A program made the position numbers and the translations under genes. Under the pieces are notes generated by a model. It had not been told where the DNA came from. It did not search any database and saw nothing but the letters and a program-made list of their open reading frames with translations. From contig DAOUCT010000003.1 in assembly GCA_034432055.1 (NCBI GenBank), positions 75,949-139,948 on the forward strand: a stretch of 64,000 nucleotides of DNA. The letters are read 5' to 3'. Below are positions 47,960-56,503 of this stretch, piece after piece (positions within the stretch are counted from its first letter, which is position 1; the number at the start of each line of letters is the position of its first letter). The stretch comes from Dehalococcoidia bacterium. Lineage in GTDB: Bacteria; Chloroflexota; Dehalococcoidia; GIF9; UBA5629.

Positions 47960-48466
47960 TTATTTCTTCTTTAGCTTGAAAGAGGAGACAATAGTAGGAA
48001 AAGGATACCTCTCATAAAGACTTTTTTCAGCCAGTGTGTCTATTTTATAGACCCGACCTTCCACCTGTTTGAAAAACGCCTCTCCGTGAAAGCTGCCATA
48101 AAATTCCGTCTCATACTCATAAGCCAGGTACCAGTCCCAGAACCTGTCGCTGGCTGGTTTATTCTCCAGCATTACCACTTCCTTGTAAGCTGTGCCTATC
48201 GCCATTAACCAGCGCTGCGCCACTGCCTGGGCTGACGACGATGCCACGACATCGATCCTGAACGAGCCCTTGCGCGATGGTGCTGTTGCCACACAGGTCG
48301 TGTTGTCGGTGCTTATCTCCAGCTTCCAACTATAGGGGTATTTGATAGTATATCCATATTCTTCGTTGGTGTAATCGACAAACCCTGTCTTGCCACAGCC
48401 AAACAGCGCACTGCTCAGTAATAATATAGTAAGCCCCAGAGACAACAGGAGCCAGCAATGTTTCAC
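47960..48466 (-). CDS. Small lipoprotein of unknown function
   Basis: Lipobox LLSSALFGC|GK; GTG start behind a gaggaggt SD; 168 aa; no catalytic motif recognised. Confidence 0.75.
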   Translation of the reverse strand: MKHCWLLLSLGLTILLLSSALFGCGKTGFVDYTNEEYGYTIKYPYSWKLEISTDNTTCVATAPSRKGSFRIDVVASSSAQAVAQRWLMAIGTAYKEVVMLENKPASDRFWDWYLAYEYETEFYGSFHGEAFFKQVEGRVYKIDTLAEKSLYERYPFPTIVSSFKLKKK

Positions 48467-48497
48467 TTAGACCTCCTCATCTTAAATTCAAAGTAAA

Positions 48498-48506
48498 ATT
48501 ATACCA
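48498..48506 (-). promoter_or_regulatory. Extended -10 promoter (TGGTATAAT) of the lipoprotein gene
   Basis: The minus strand reads tttcTGGTATAATtttac, about 30 nt upstream of the GTG start. Confidence 0.5.
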
Positions 48507-48543
48507 GAAACGCCACACCTCTGTTCTCCTATCGCTGGGGTGG

Positions 48544-48572
48544 TTGACAGGCGCTCTAAGATATGCTAATTT
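48544..48572 (+). promoter_or_regulatory. Promoter of the aroF leader transcript
   Basis: TTGACA (48544-48549), 17-nt spacer, TAATTT (48567-48572). The leader-peptide ATG follows 10 nt later, so the leader would be nearly leaderless. Confidence 0.5.
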
Positions 48573-48581
48573 AATATCGTT

Positions 48582-48668
48582 ATGGCTAATAAGCACAACC
48601 AGGTTCGAGTGTGGTTTGGTTTCTGGTTTAGCCCGCTTTCCTTCGGGTCTGGGAGGGCATTAGCCTAA
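48582..48668 (+). CDS. 28-aa aromatic-rich leader peptide (MANKHNQVRVWFGFWFSPLSFGSGRALA)
   Basis: My own translation; the ORF is below the track's size cutoff. Codons 11-16 read W-F-G-F-W-F (48612-48629). Stop TAA is at 48666. It lies between a promoter and an intrinsic terminator directly upstream of the DAHP synthase. Confidence 0.55.
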   Translation: MANKHNQVRVWFGFWFSPLSFGSGRALA

Positions 48669-48697
48669 CACAACCAGTACAAGTACAAGCATAAAAG

Positions 48698-48729
48698 GAC
48701 CCTCCTAGGCAGGAGGGTTCTTCATTTTT
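48698..48729 (+). terminator. Attenuator terminator upstream of DAHP synthase
   Basis: gaccctcct-aggc-aggagggtt forms an 8-9 bp stem followed by cttcattttt. It ends 18 nt before the aroF ATG. The upstream gggaggg (48651-48657) can compete for the ccctcc arm. Confidence 0.7.
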
Positions 48730-48747
48730 AGTCCCGAGGAGAGAAAA

Positions 48748-49671
48748 ATGAAGGCTCAACAGAACGCAGCACTGGAACAGATAGACAAAATGACTGCCGA
48801 CGCCAGGCACACCGATGGCAAATACCTCTTCACCAGGTCTGGTCATAGGCATGCCAGGACAATAGTTAAAATAGGCGGCATGAAAGTGGGCAACCAGGAG
48901 CTAGCCATAATAGCTGGTCCCTGCTCTGTGGAGAGTGCTGAGCAGATAATGCGCATCGCCCGGGAAGTGAAAGCCGCCGGTGCTAATCTACTGCGCGGTG
49001 GTGCTTTCAAGCCCCGCACCTCACCCTACGATTTTCAGGGGTTGGGAGAAAGGGGGCTCCAGTACCTGAAAGAGGCATCTGAGGAAACAGGACTTAAAGT
49101 CGTCACTGAAGTTCTTGACCCACGCCATGTAGAACTTGTAGCCAGGTATGCTGACTGTCTCCAGATCGGCTCACGCAACATGCAGAACTATCCGCTGCTC
49201 CGCGAGGTGGGACAATGCGCCAAGCCAGTCCTGCTCAAGCGCGGGCTATCCGCCACCTATCAGGAATTCTTACTAGCAGCAGAATACATAATGTCGGAGG
49301 GCAACACACAGGTCATTTTATGTGAAAGGGGTATACGTGGTCTATCAACTGAACTCCGCTTCACCCTGGACTTGAATGCTGTGCCTTATCTCAAAGAGAA
49401 GACACACCTGCCCATAATCGTTGACCCGAGCCATGGCACGGGCGATGCGCGGTTGGTGCCTGCAATGAGTCGGGCAGCTATAGCTTGCGGTGCCGATGGG
49501 GTCATTATTGAGACCCACTATGCCCCTTCAGACTCCCTCAGCGATGCCAACCAGACCATATCAACAGCCCAGCTTGCCACGCTGGTCAAAGAACTCGCCC
49601 AAATAGCCAAGACGGTGGGACGCAGAATCTGTCTGCCGGAGGAAAAAGCTATCTATAAGATAAAACAATGA
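48748..49671 (+). CDS. aroF: 3-deoxy-7-phosphoheptulonate (DAHP) synthase, type I-beta
   Basis: ELAIIAGPCSVES; FKPRTSPYDFQGLG; IVDPSHGTGD; 307 aa; gaggagag SD. Confidence 0.9.
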   Translation: MKAQQNAALEQIDKMTADARHTDGKYLFTRSGHRHARTIVKIGGMKVGNQELAIIAGPCSVESAEQIMRIAREVKAAGANLLRGGAFKPRTSPYDFQGLGERGLQYLKEASEETGLKVVTEVLDPRHVELVARYADCLQIGSRNMQNYPLLREVGQCAKPVLLKRGLSATYQEFLLAAEYIMSEGNTQVILCERGIRGLSTELRFTLDLNAVPYLKEKTHLPIIVDPSHGTGDARLVPAMSRAAIACGADGVIIETHYAPSDSLSDANQTISTAQLATLVKELAQIAKTVGRRICLPEEKAIYKIKQ

Positions 49672-49707
49672 CAAAAACAATTAACAACGAGGGACCATTT
49701 ACTCCCC

Positions 49708-50817
49708 TTACCAGGCTTTAACCTCCACTTTGAGGCTCGTCCCCCTTCCCGGCTCAGAATGGATATCGAGGGTACCACCAAGCAACCTGACCTGCTGCTC
49801 AATCCTTGCCAGACCTAATTTACCCTGGGACACATAATTTTCCAGTGCCCTGGGCGGGCAGAAACCACAGCCATTATCCTCTATTGTTACCCTGAAATCG
49901 CTGGAGAGAAAATCCAAGGTCACTACAATTAACGATGCCCCTGAATGCCGGAGCGCATTGTTCAGCGCCTCCTGGACAATACGGAACAAAACCGGCTCCA
50001 GCTCTGATGGTAGTCTGTGTTCCCTGCCGTCCACCTTTATCTCAACCTTAGTACCGCCCTGGCTAGAGACCTGCTCAGCCAGCCATCTTAACGCCGGCAA
50101 CAAGCCCGCATTGTCCAGAATCCTGGGACTCAGGCTATAGCTCAACCTCCGGACATCGTCCACTGTGCGCAAAAGCATGACCAAGGTCTCTTCCATCTGC
50201 TTTTTGACATCCGGAGAAATATTACCGTGGTTGCCATCTTGAAGCGCGTGGAGACGGTTAGCCACAACCAGCAACGACTGGATTACCCTATCGTGCAACT
50301 CTCGTGCTAGGTGCCGGCGCTCGTACTCATGGACTTTAACAATGCGGTTTAGTGATAAATGTTTCACCGCCTTAGCTGGCTTTGGTACTGCCTGCACCGG
50401 TGTTGAGTTATAGTCCAGCGCCACAAGCAAGCCCAGCAGTAAAGCGACTAGGTCAAAAAGCCCCACACCAAGCCAGAATGCCAGGTCAGGCGTGTGTCGC
50501 AAAAGCTGGGGCAGGGTAGCCACCAGGAATGCTGCCCAGGTACCGAGGACACCGCGAACACGGAACACTGCACCTGCGTAAAGAACAGGAAACAAAAAGA
50601 GAAAACTGAGCACAAAAGCGTAAATACCTCTGGCTCTGAAGACCTCGGCGAACAGCGGGAACCATCTTTCAATCCCCAAGTAACTAGCGTTGTACAGCAA
50701 GATAAGCCCCGCCATAATGAAAGCGATAGCCCAGAAATGGGGTATCGCCAGGACCTGTTTTATCCTGTCACTCAAAACGTCCACAGCTAGACCGGTTCGG
50801 GGTTCTCTGTGTGTCAT
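49708..50817 (-). CDS. Sensor histidine kinase, HisKA_3 type, four TM helices with minimal loops (DesK-like architecture)
   Basis: The four hydrophobic segments lie in aa 25-135. H-box ERRHLARELHDRVIQSL, N-box EALNNALRH, and G-boxes IEDNGCGF and GLARIEQQV; 369 aa. Confidence 0.88.
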   Translation of the reverse strand: MTHREPRTGLAVDVLSDRIKQVLAIPHFWAIAFIMAGLILLYNASYLGIERWFPLFAEVFRARGIYAFVLSFLFLFPVLYAGAVFRVRGVLGTWAAFLVATLPQLLRHTPDLAFWLGVGLFDLVALLLGLLVALDYNSTPVQAVPKPAKAVKHLSLNRIVKVHEYERRHLARELHDRVIQSLLVVANRLHALQDGNHGNISPDVKKQMEETLVMLLRTVDDVRRLSYSLSPRILDNAGLLPALRWLAEQVSSQGGTKVEIKVDGREHRLPSELEPVLFRIVQEALNNALRHSGASLIVVTLDFLSSDFRVTIEDNGCGFCPPRALENYVSQGKLGLARIEQQVRLLGGTLDIHSEPGRGTSLKVEVKAW

Positions 50818-51494
50818 CGAATATCGTCCACAGATATAATGCCTGCCTGCAAACTAACGGCAACCGCCTCAGTACGCGTACTCACCCCCAGTTTAGCAAA
50901 GATATCGGTCACATATCCTTTTACTGTCCGTAAACGGAGCCCCAGAGTTGCAGCTATATCACTGTTTGACATGCCGCGGGCTACCAGCCTTAGAACCTCC
51001 AGCTCTCGAACCGTCAGCCTCTCTCCTGAATTCAAAGGTAAGGAACGGGAGGGGCGACGGGCAGCCTGCCGCAAGAGGACTTGCCCCACAGAGGGCGACA
51101 ATACCATATCCCCGGCAGCGAGTGTGCGCACTGCCTGAACAACCTCGTTATCAAAAACGCTCTTTGTCAGGTACCCGGAGGCACCCGCTGATAGTACCTC
51201 AGCTATAGTCTGCTCATCATCATGGACCGTCAACGCCAGCACTGCTGTCTTAGGAGAAACCTCCTTGACCCGCTTCGTAGCTTCCACCCCATCCATTTCC
51301 GGTAGACTTATGTCCATGACCACCACATCCGGCTTCAGTTCGGTAGCCAGCGCCACCGCCTGAGGACCGTCACCAGCCTCAGCTACAACCTCGAGGTCAC
51401 CCTCTCTCTCCAAGACAGCACGAAGCGCCTGGCGCAACAAAGGATGGTCATCTACCAACAACACCGAAATCCTAGTTGGCTTTGCAGCGCTCAT
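50814..51494 (-). CDS. Response regulator, NarL/LuxR (FixJ) family
   Basis: REC domain (VLLVDDHPLL, DVVVMDISLPEMDG, ALTVH) and LuxR HTH (LTVRELEVLRLVARGMSNSDIAATLGLRLRTVKGYV). Overlaps the kinase start. Confidence 0.92.
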   Translation of the reverse strand: MSAAKPTRISVLLVDDHPLLRQALRAVLEREGDLEVVAEAGDGPQAVALATELKPDVVVMDISLPEMDGVEATKRVKEVSPKTAVLALTVHDDEQTIAEVLSAGASGYLTKSVFDNEVVQAVRTLAAGDMVLSPSVGQVLLRQAARRPSRSLPLNSGERLTVRELEVLRLVARGMSNSDIAATLGLRLRTVKGYVTDIFAKLGVSTRTEAVAVSLQAGIISVDDIR

Positions 51495-51497
51495 CTC

Positions 51498-51587
51498 TAC
51501 CCCGATAATCCCATTAGCGTCAATCTTGCGTACCCCGCTGTGGTTAATAAATTGTATTACCCTCTTTAGCGGGATGCAAGTACCCCG
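51498..51587. promoter_or_regulatory. Three direct TACCCCG heptamers in the divergent regulator / fatty-acid operon intergenic region (candidate NarL-family sites)
   Basis: TACCCCG occurs at 51498-51504, 51531-51537 and 51581-51587. A TTACCCT variant sits near 51557. The NarL-family heptamer consensus is TACYYMT. Confidence 0.3.
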
Positions 51588-51727
51588 ACTTTCGTCCAGC
51601 GGCGTGTCCTGAGTACAAGTCCCAAAGTGCCTTGTCGGTGATACGAAAACGAATTACACTGAATAATTGCACCATTTCTAGCCAGCGTTGAAATGCATCG
51701 TCTGACTACTGGAGGTACAGGATAATT

Positions 51728-51979
51728 ATGGACGTATTTGAGCTTGTTAAAAAAGCTATTTGCAAGGTGGAACCAGGACTTGACGAAAGCAAAATAGTCC
51801 CCGCTGCTTTGCTGAAGGAAGACCTCGACCTCGACTCTTTAGACCGGGTAGAACTGGCACTATCCCTGGAAGACGAACTTGGTCTCTACCTTCAGGACGA
51901 AGAGATGGGTGATATTATAACCGTGGGGGATGTGGTCGCACTCATCGAATCGAAATTGAAGGTTGAGAAAAAGAGTTAG
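51728..51979 (+). CDS. acpP: Acyl carrier protein (divergent)
   Basis: 83 aa with phosphopantetheine attachment motif DLDLDSLDRVELALSLEDEL. Confidence 0.85.
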   Translation: MDVFELVKKAICKVEPGLDESKIVPAALLKEDLDLDSLDRVELALSLEDELGLYLQDEEMGDIITVGDVVALIESKLKVEKKS

Positions 51980-51993
51980 GTCAATCGACTCAA

Positions 51994-53244
51994 GTGAAAA
52001 AGCGGCGAGTTGTCATAACGGGCGTCGGGATGGTAACCCCCCTGGGTACAGGCATAGACAAGAACTGGTCCGCCCTTTGTGAAGGAAAGTCTGGTATCGG
52101 TCCCATCACCCGCTTCGATGCTTCATCTTTGAGGTGCCGAATAGCTGGTGAAGTAAAGGACTTCCATGCCGGAGACTTCGTGGACGAAAAATTTGCCAAG
52201 CGGTTCGACCCGTTCATTCAGTACGCAATGGCAGCTTCTGAGATGGCGGTGGAGGACGCGGGATTGAAAACAGGTCAATACGACAGAAGTCGTATCGGTG
52301 TAGTGATCGGAACAGCATGTGGCACTAATGTCTACTTTGAAAACGCTCACAGGCTTGTGTTACAAGGAGACCTGAGAAAAGTCCCACCATTTTTTCTGCT
52401 TAACGATTCAGGTAATATGGTATCAGCAGTCGTAGCCATTAGATTCGGAGCCAGAGGTCCCAACCATTGCCCCATGGAAGCCTGTGCCGCCGGGGCAAAC
52501 GCTATAGGGCTGGGTCTCAGGATTATCCAGCATGGGGAAGCAGATATAGTCATCGCTGGCGGCTCGGATGCTGGCATCACACCAACTTGCATCGCCTCTC
52601 TAGACAATCTGGGGGCTTTGACCACTAAGAGAAACAACGAGCCGGAAAAAGCCAGCCGACCATTCGACGCCGACCGTGATGGTTTCGTGACCAGTGAAGG
52701 CAGCGGGATTGTGGTGCTGGAAACTCTCGAGACAGCGCTGAGAAGGGGAGCCAGAATATATGGTGAAGTTGTGGGTTATGCAAGTAATTGTGACGCCTAC
52801 CACTATACCTCCCCCACACCCGATGGCGAAGGACAGGCGGAATGTATGTCTCTGGCTCTCAAAGATGCGGAAATAAGACCGGAGGAAGTGGACTACATAA
52901 ATGCCCATGGCACCTCGACGCATATCAACGATATCGCCGAGACGAAAGCTATCAAGAAGGTCTTCGGCGACCATGCCAAAAAGCTGGCAATAAGTTCCAA
53001 CAAGTCTATGACAGGGCACATGTGGGGGGCTTCGGGTGCCGCAGAAGTCATTTTTTCGCTCCTAACCATCAGAGACGGTATAATCCCGCCTACCATTAAC
53101 TACGAGACACCAGACCCGGAATGTGACCTGGACTATGTCCCGAACAAGGCAAGAAAGGCAATGGTGAACACGGTCATCTCCAACTCGTTCGGTTTCGGGG
53201 GCGTAAATGCCACCCTTGTCCTGAGAAAATTCGAGGGGGCATAA
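51994..53244 (+). CDS. fabF: 3-oxoacyl-ACP synthase II (KAS II), copy 1
   Basis: Active-site Cys (MEACAAGANA) and both His residues (NAHGTSTHIND, SMTGHMWGASG); 416 aa; GTG start. Confidence 0.88.
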   Translation: MKKRRVVITGVGMVTPLGTGIDKNWSALCEGKSGIGPITRFDASSLRCRIAGEVKDFHAGDFVDEKFAKRFDPFIQYAMAASEMAVEDAGLKTGQYDRSRIGVVIGTACGTNVYFENAHRLVLQGDLRKVPPFFLLNDSGNMVSAVVAIRFGARGPNHCPMEACAAGANAIGLGLRIIQHGEADIVIAGGSDAGITPTCIASLDNLGALTTKRNNEPEKASRPFDADRDGFVTSEGSGIVVLETLETALRRGARIYGEVVGYASNCDAYHYTSPTPDGEGQAECMSLALKDAEIRPEEVDYINAHGTSTHINDIAETKAIKKVFGDHAKKLAISSNKSMTGHMWGASGAAEVIFSLLTIRDGIIPPTINYETPDPECDLDYVPNKARKAMVNTVISNSFGFGGVNATLVLRKFEGA

Positions 53245-53255
53245 TTGCCAGCGAC

Positions 53256-54488
53256 ATGGACAATCGAGTAGTTATCACCGGGTACGGGGCAGTTACTCCG
53301 CTGGGCGCAGATATCGAGAGCACCTGGCAGAATTTAATAGGTGGCAACTCAGGAATTAACTACATCACCTTGTTTGATGCCACCAATTTCAGCGTCAAAA
53401 TAGCCGCAGAGGTCAAGGATTTCGACCCTCTTAAATACCTCGACCCGTCAACTGCTAAATACACAGACAGGTTCACCCATTTCGCCGTAGCAGCTACTTT
53501 GCAAGCTATAGAGAAGGCTAGACTGAAAATAGACGATAACAACAGGTATGACATCGGTATTATCATCGGAAGCGGTATCGGTGGGCTGACCACATTATCG
53601 CACCAGATGGAAATCCTGCAGACCAGAGGACCAAGCAGAGTCAGCCCTTATCTCGTTCCGATGATGATAGCCGATAACGCCCCCGGTCGTGTATCCATGA
53701 TCACGGGCATCAAAGGTCCCAATTTCAGCCTTGCTACAGCTTGTTCAACAGGCGCAGATGCTTTAGGGATAGCTTACAAACTAATCAAGCACGGTGATTA
53801 TAAAGTGATAATCGCCGGTGGCACCGATGCTGCGATAACACCTATAGGTATTGCCGGCTTCGCTCAAGCAGGTGCCTTATCCAAAAATCCTGACCCTTTG
53901 AAAGCATCAAGACCCTTCGACGCTAAGCGCGATGGCTTCGTCATAGGTGAAGGCGCCGGAATTATGGTGCTGGAAAATCTGGAACATGCCCTGTCAAGAG
54001 ACGCCACCATACTTGCTGAAATAGTCGGCTATGGTGCTACCTCTGATGCTTTCCACATAACCCAACCAGCAGAAGACGCCGATGCAGCCGCCAAGGCGAT
54101 AGCACTATCTCTGGAAGGTCTAAACTACAACGATATCGGCTACATAAACGCGCACGGCACATCAACACCCCTAAACGATGCAACCGAAACCAGGGCGATC
54201 AAAAAGGTCTTTGGCAACAGGGCTTACGATATACCCATCAGTTCCACCAAGTCAATGTTGGGGCATATGCTGGGTGCTGCCGGTGCCGTGGAGGCTATCA
54301 TTTGCTGCAAAGTAATAGCTGAAGGTATCGTACCACCGACTATAAACCTCGAATACCCTGATGCAGAATGCGATCTGGACTATGTGCCCAATAAAGCCAG
54401 AGAGAAGACAGTGCGACTCGCTTTGTCTAACTCCTTCGGATTTGGGGGGCACAACTCAGTTTTAGCCATAAGCAAGTTCGAACTATGA
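53256..54488 (+). CDS. fabF: 3-oxoacyl-ACP synthase II (KAS II), copy 2
   Basis: Active-site Cys (ATACSTGADA) and both His residues (NAHGTSTPLND, SMLGHMLGAAG); 410 aa. Confidence 0.9.
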   Translation: MDNRVVITGYGAVTPLGADIESTWQNLIGGNSGINYITLFDATNFSVKIAAEVKDFDPLKYLDPSTAKYTDRFTHFAVAATLQAIEKARLKIDDNNRYDIGIIIGSGIGGLTTLSHQMEILQTRGPSRVSPYLVPMMIADNAPGRVSMITGIKGPNFSLATACSTGADALGIAYKLIKHGDYKVIIAGGTDAAITPIGIAGFAQAGALSKNPDPLKASRPFDAKRDGFVIGEGAGIMVLENLEHALSRDATILAEIVGYGATSDAFHITQPAEDADAAAKAIALSLEGLNYNDIGYINAHGTSTPLNDATETRAIKKVFGNRAYDIPISSTKSMLGHMLGAAGAVEAIICCKVIAEGIVPPTINLEYPDAECDLDYVPNKAREKTVRLALSNSFGFGGHNSVLAISKFEL

Positions 54489-54588
54489 AATATAACAATT
54501 CCCGAGCAGACACAAGAAACAGACATCACAATTACCGGAGTGACCGTGAAAGAATAAAACGATGCTGTATTGGTCACGGAGGCACACT

Positions 54589-55542
54589 ATGTTAGCCAAC
54601 TTAGCGATTTGCGAACTACTGGGCATTGAATACCCGATCATCCAGGGTGGGATGGCATGGCTAGGGACTTTTGAACTCGTATCAGCAGTGTCAAACGCTG
54701 GCGGACTGGGAATAATCGGCAGCGGAGATGCACCCCCTGACTGGTTGAGAAAACAGATAAGGGCTACCAGAGAGCACACAGATAGACCATTTGGTGTCAA
54801 TATCATGTTAATGTCACCGTTCGTAAAAGAGAACTTGAAGATAGTTATCGAGGAACAAGTAAAAATCGTCACCTTCGGTGGTGGTAACCCCGGTGTTTAC
54901 ATCCCCCTGCTAAAAGAGTCCAACATTAAGTTGTTGCCGGTTGTTTCCAGTGTGGCTTTAGCTCGTCGCTTGGAAAGACTGGGGGCAGATGCCATAATTG
55001 CCGAGGGCATGGAATCCGGAGGACATATCGGCGAGACAAGCACTATGGCACTAATTCCACAAGTAGCCCAGAGCATAAGACTTCCGGTCATAGCTGCCGG
55101 TGGCATTGCTGATGGGCATGGGCTGGTAGCAGCCCTTGCACTAGGGGCACAAGGGGTGCAAATGGGAACCCGCTTTATCTGTTCGGAAGAATGTATCGCT
55201 CATCCTAAGTTCAAACAGCAAATCCTTCAAGCACACGACAGGGCTACCGTGGTCACCGGTGAATCCACGGGACATCCTGTCCGTTGCCTAGAAAATAAAT
55301 TGACAAGGGAGTTCAGGACTCGTGAGAAAGCTGGAGTTTCTAAAGAGGAACTCGAGGAATTCGGCAAAGGAAGACTGAAATTGGGTGTCATCGACGGCGA
55401 TGTTGATCAGGGTTCACTTATGGCAGGACAAATAGCCGGGCTAATAAGAGAAATAAAGCCAGTTAAGGAAATAATCGAGTCAATTATGGCTGAAGCCGAA
55501 GAAATTATTGACAACTTGTGTAAGCTTAAGGTAAAAAACTGA
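54589..55542 (+). CDS. fabK: Enoyl-ACP reductase II (FabK, FMN-dependent NPD family)
   Basis: LGIEYPIIQGGMAWLGTFELVSAVSNAGGLGIIG and ESGGHIG. I place the start at ATG 54589 (ggagg SD 8 nt upstream); the track start is 54562. Confidence 0.82.
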   Translation: MLANLAICELLGIEYPIIQGGMAWLGTFELVSAVSNAGGLGIIGSGDAPPDWLRKQIRATREHTDRPFGVNIMLMSPFVKENLKIVIEEQVKIVTFGGGNPGVYIPLLKESNIKLLPVVSSVALARRLERLGADAIIAEGMESGGHIGETSTMALIPQVAQSIRLPVIAAGGIADGHGLVAALALGAQGVQMGTRFICSEECIAHPKFKQQILQAHDRATVVTGESTGHPVRCLENKLTREFRTREKAGVSKEELEEFGKGRLKLGVIDGDVDQGSLMAGQIAGLIREIKPVKEIIESIMAEAEEIIDNLCKLKVKN

Positions 55543-56489
55543 TGGAGTACCTGAAGAAGATAGCTTTCATATTCCCGGGGCAAGGCTCACAAAGAGTCGG
55601 CATGGGGAAAGATATCTATCTCAACTTCCCATCAGCTAGACACGCCTTCGATGAAGCAGACGATACTCTTGGTTTCCCCTTATCTCGCCTTTGTTTTGAA
55701 GGTCCTGAAGAAGAACTTTCTCAGACAGACAATGCTCAACCAGCAATACTGACAGTTAGCATCGCTTATCTTAGAGTTGCCCGAGAGATGTATGGCACAG
55801 CCCTGCCACAACCAGATTTTGTTGCCGGTCACAGCCTGGGTGAATATACCGCTTTGGTCGCTGCCAGTGCCATCAGCTTTCCTGAAGCTGTAAGCCTGGT
55901 GCGCAAAAGAGGAGAGCTAATGAACCAAGCCGGCAAACAGCAACCCGGAGGAATGGTAGCAATAATTGGTCTTGATGAGAAAAATGTCAGGGAAATTTGC
56001 CAGATTACCGATGTGGAAATCTCCAACATAAATTCACCGGAACAGATCGTCATTAGCGGAACACAGGAGAAACTGGCTAGAGCTAGAGAACTTGCTATAA
56101 CAAAGGGCGCCCGCCGGGCTATCCCACTAAGAGTTAGCGGCGCTTTCCATTCACATTCCATGACAGCTGCTGCTCACGAACTGAAAAAAGCCATCGAGGC
56201 AGCCACTTTCGGCAACGCTGCGATACCACTGGTAGCTAATACTAATGGCAAAATGCTCACCAATGCTACGGAGATAAAACAAGAACTTTTAGACCAGCTT
56301 ACAAGCTGCGTTCAATGGTCAAGCTGCGTCAAAAACATGATACACGCAGGTACATCTACATTCTTCGAAGTAGGTCCGGGGGAAGTGCTTACCGGACTGG
56401 TGAAACGGATAGACCCGTCTGTACAGACCTGCAATATTAACAATTTAGAGAGCCTGGTCCGACTGGCAGATGTGATGAAGAAGTCCTGA
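55542..56489 (+). CDS. fabD: Malonyl-CoA:ACP transacylase
   Basis: FIFPGQGSQ and active-site GHSLGEYTAL; 315 aa. Confidence 0.92.
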   Translation: MEYLKKIAFIFPGQGSQRVGMGKDIYLNFPSARHAFDEADDTLGFPLSRLCFEGPEEELSQTDNAQPAILTVSIAYLRVAREMYGTALPQPDFVAGHSLGEYTALVAASAISFPEAVSLVRKRGELMNQAGKQQPGGMVAIIGLDEKNVREICQITDVEISNINSPEQIVISGTQEKLARARELAITKGARRAIPLRVSGAFHSHSMTAAAHELKKAIEAATFGNAAIPLVANTNGKMLTNATEIKQELLDQLTSCVQWSSCVKNMIHAGTSTFFEVGPGEVLTGLVKRIDPSVQTCNINNLESLVRLADVMKKS

Positions 56490-56503
56490 TGGAGGAGGTA
56501 GAA

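Noticed and set aside
48544-48747. T-box riboswitch upstream of aroF (and of ileS near 61714)
   Set aside because: No T-box core sequence or specifier-loop architecture is visible upstream of aroF. ileS has no leader at all, since jag ends 2 nt before it. The aroF leader is better explained by the aromatic leader peptide.
51994-54488. Tandem ketosynthases as a type II PKS KS/CLF pair
   Set aside because: Both proteins retain the active-site Cys and both His residues, whereas a chain-length factor lacks the Cys. No cyclase, aromatase or ketoreductase genes are adjacent.
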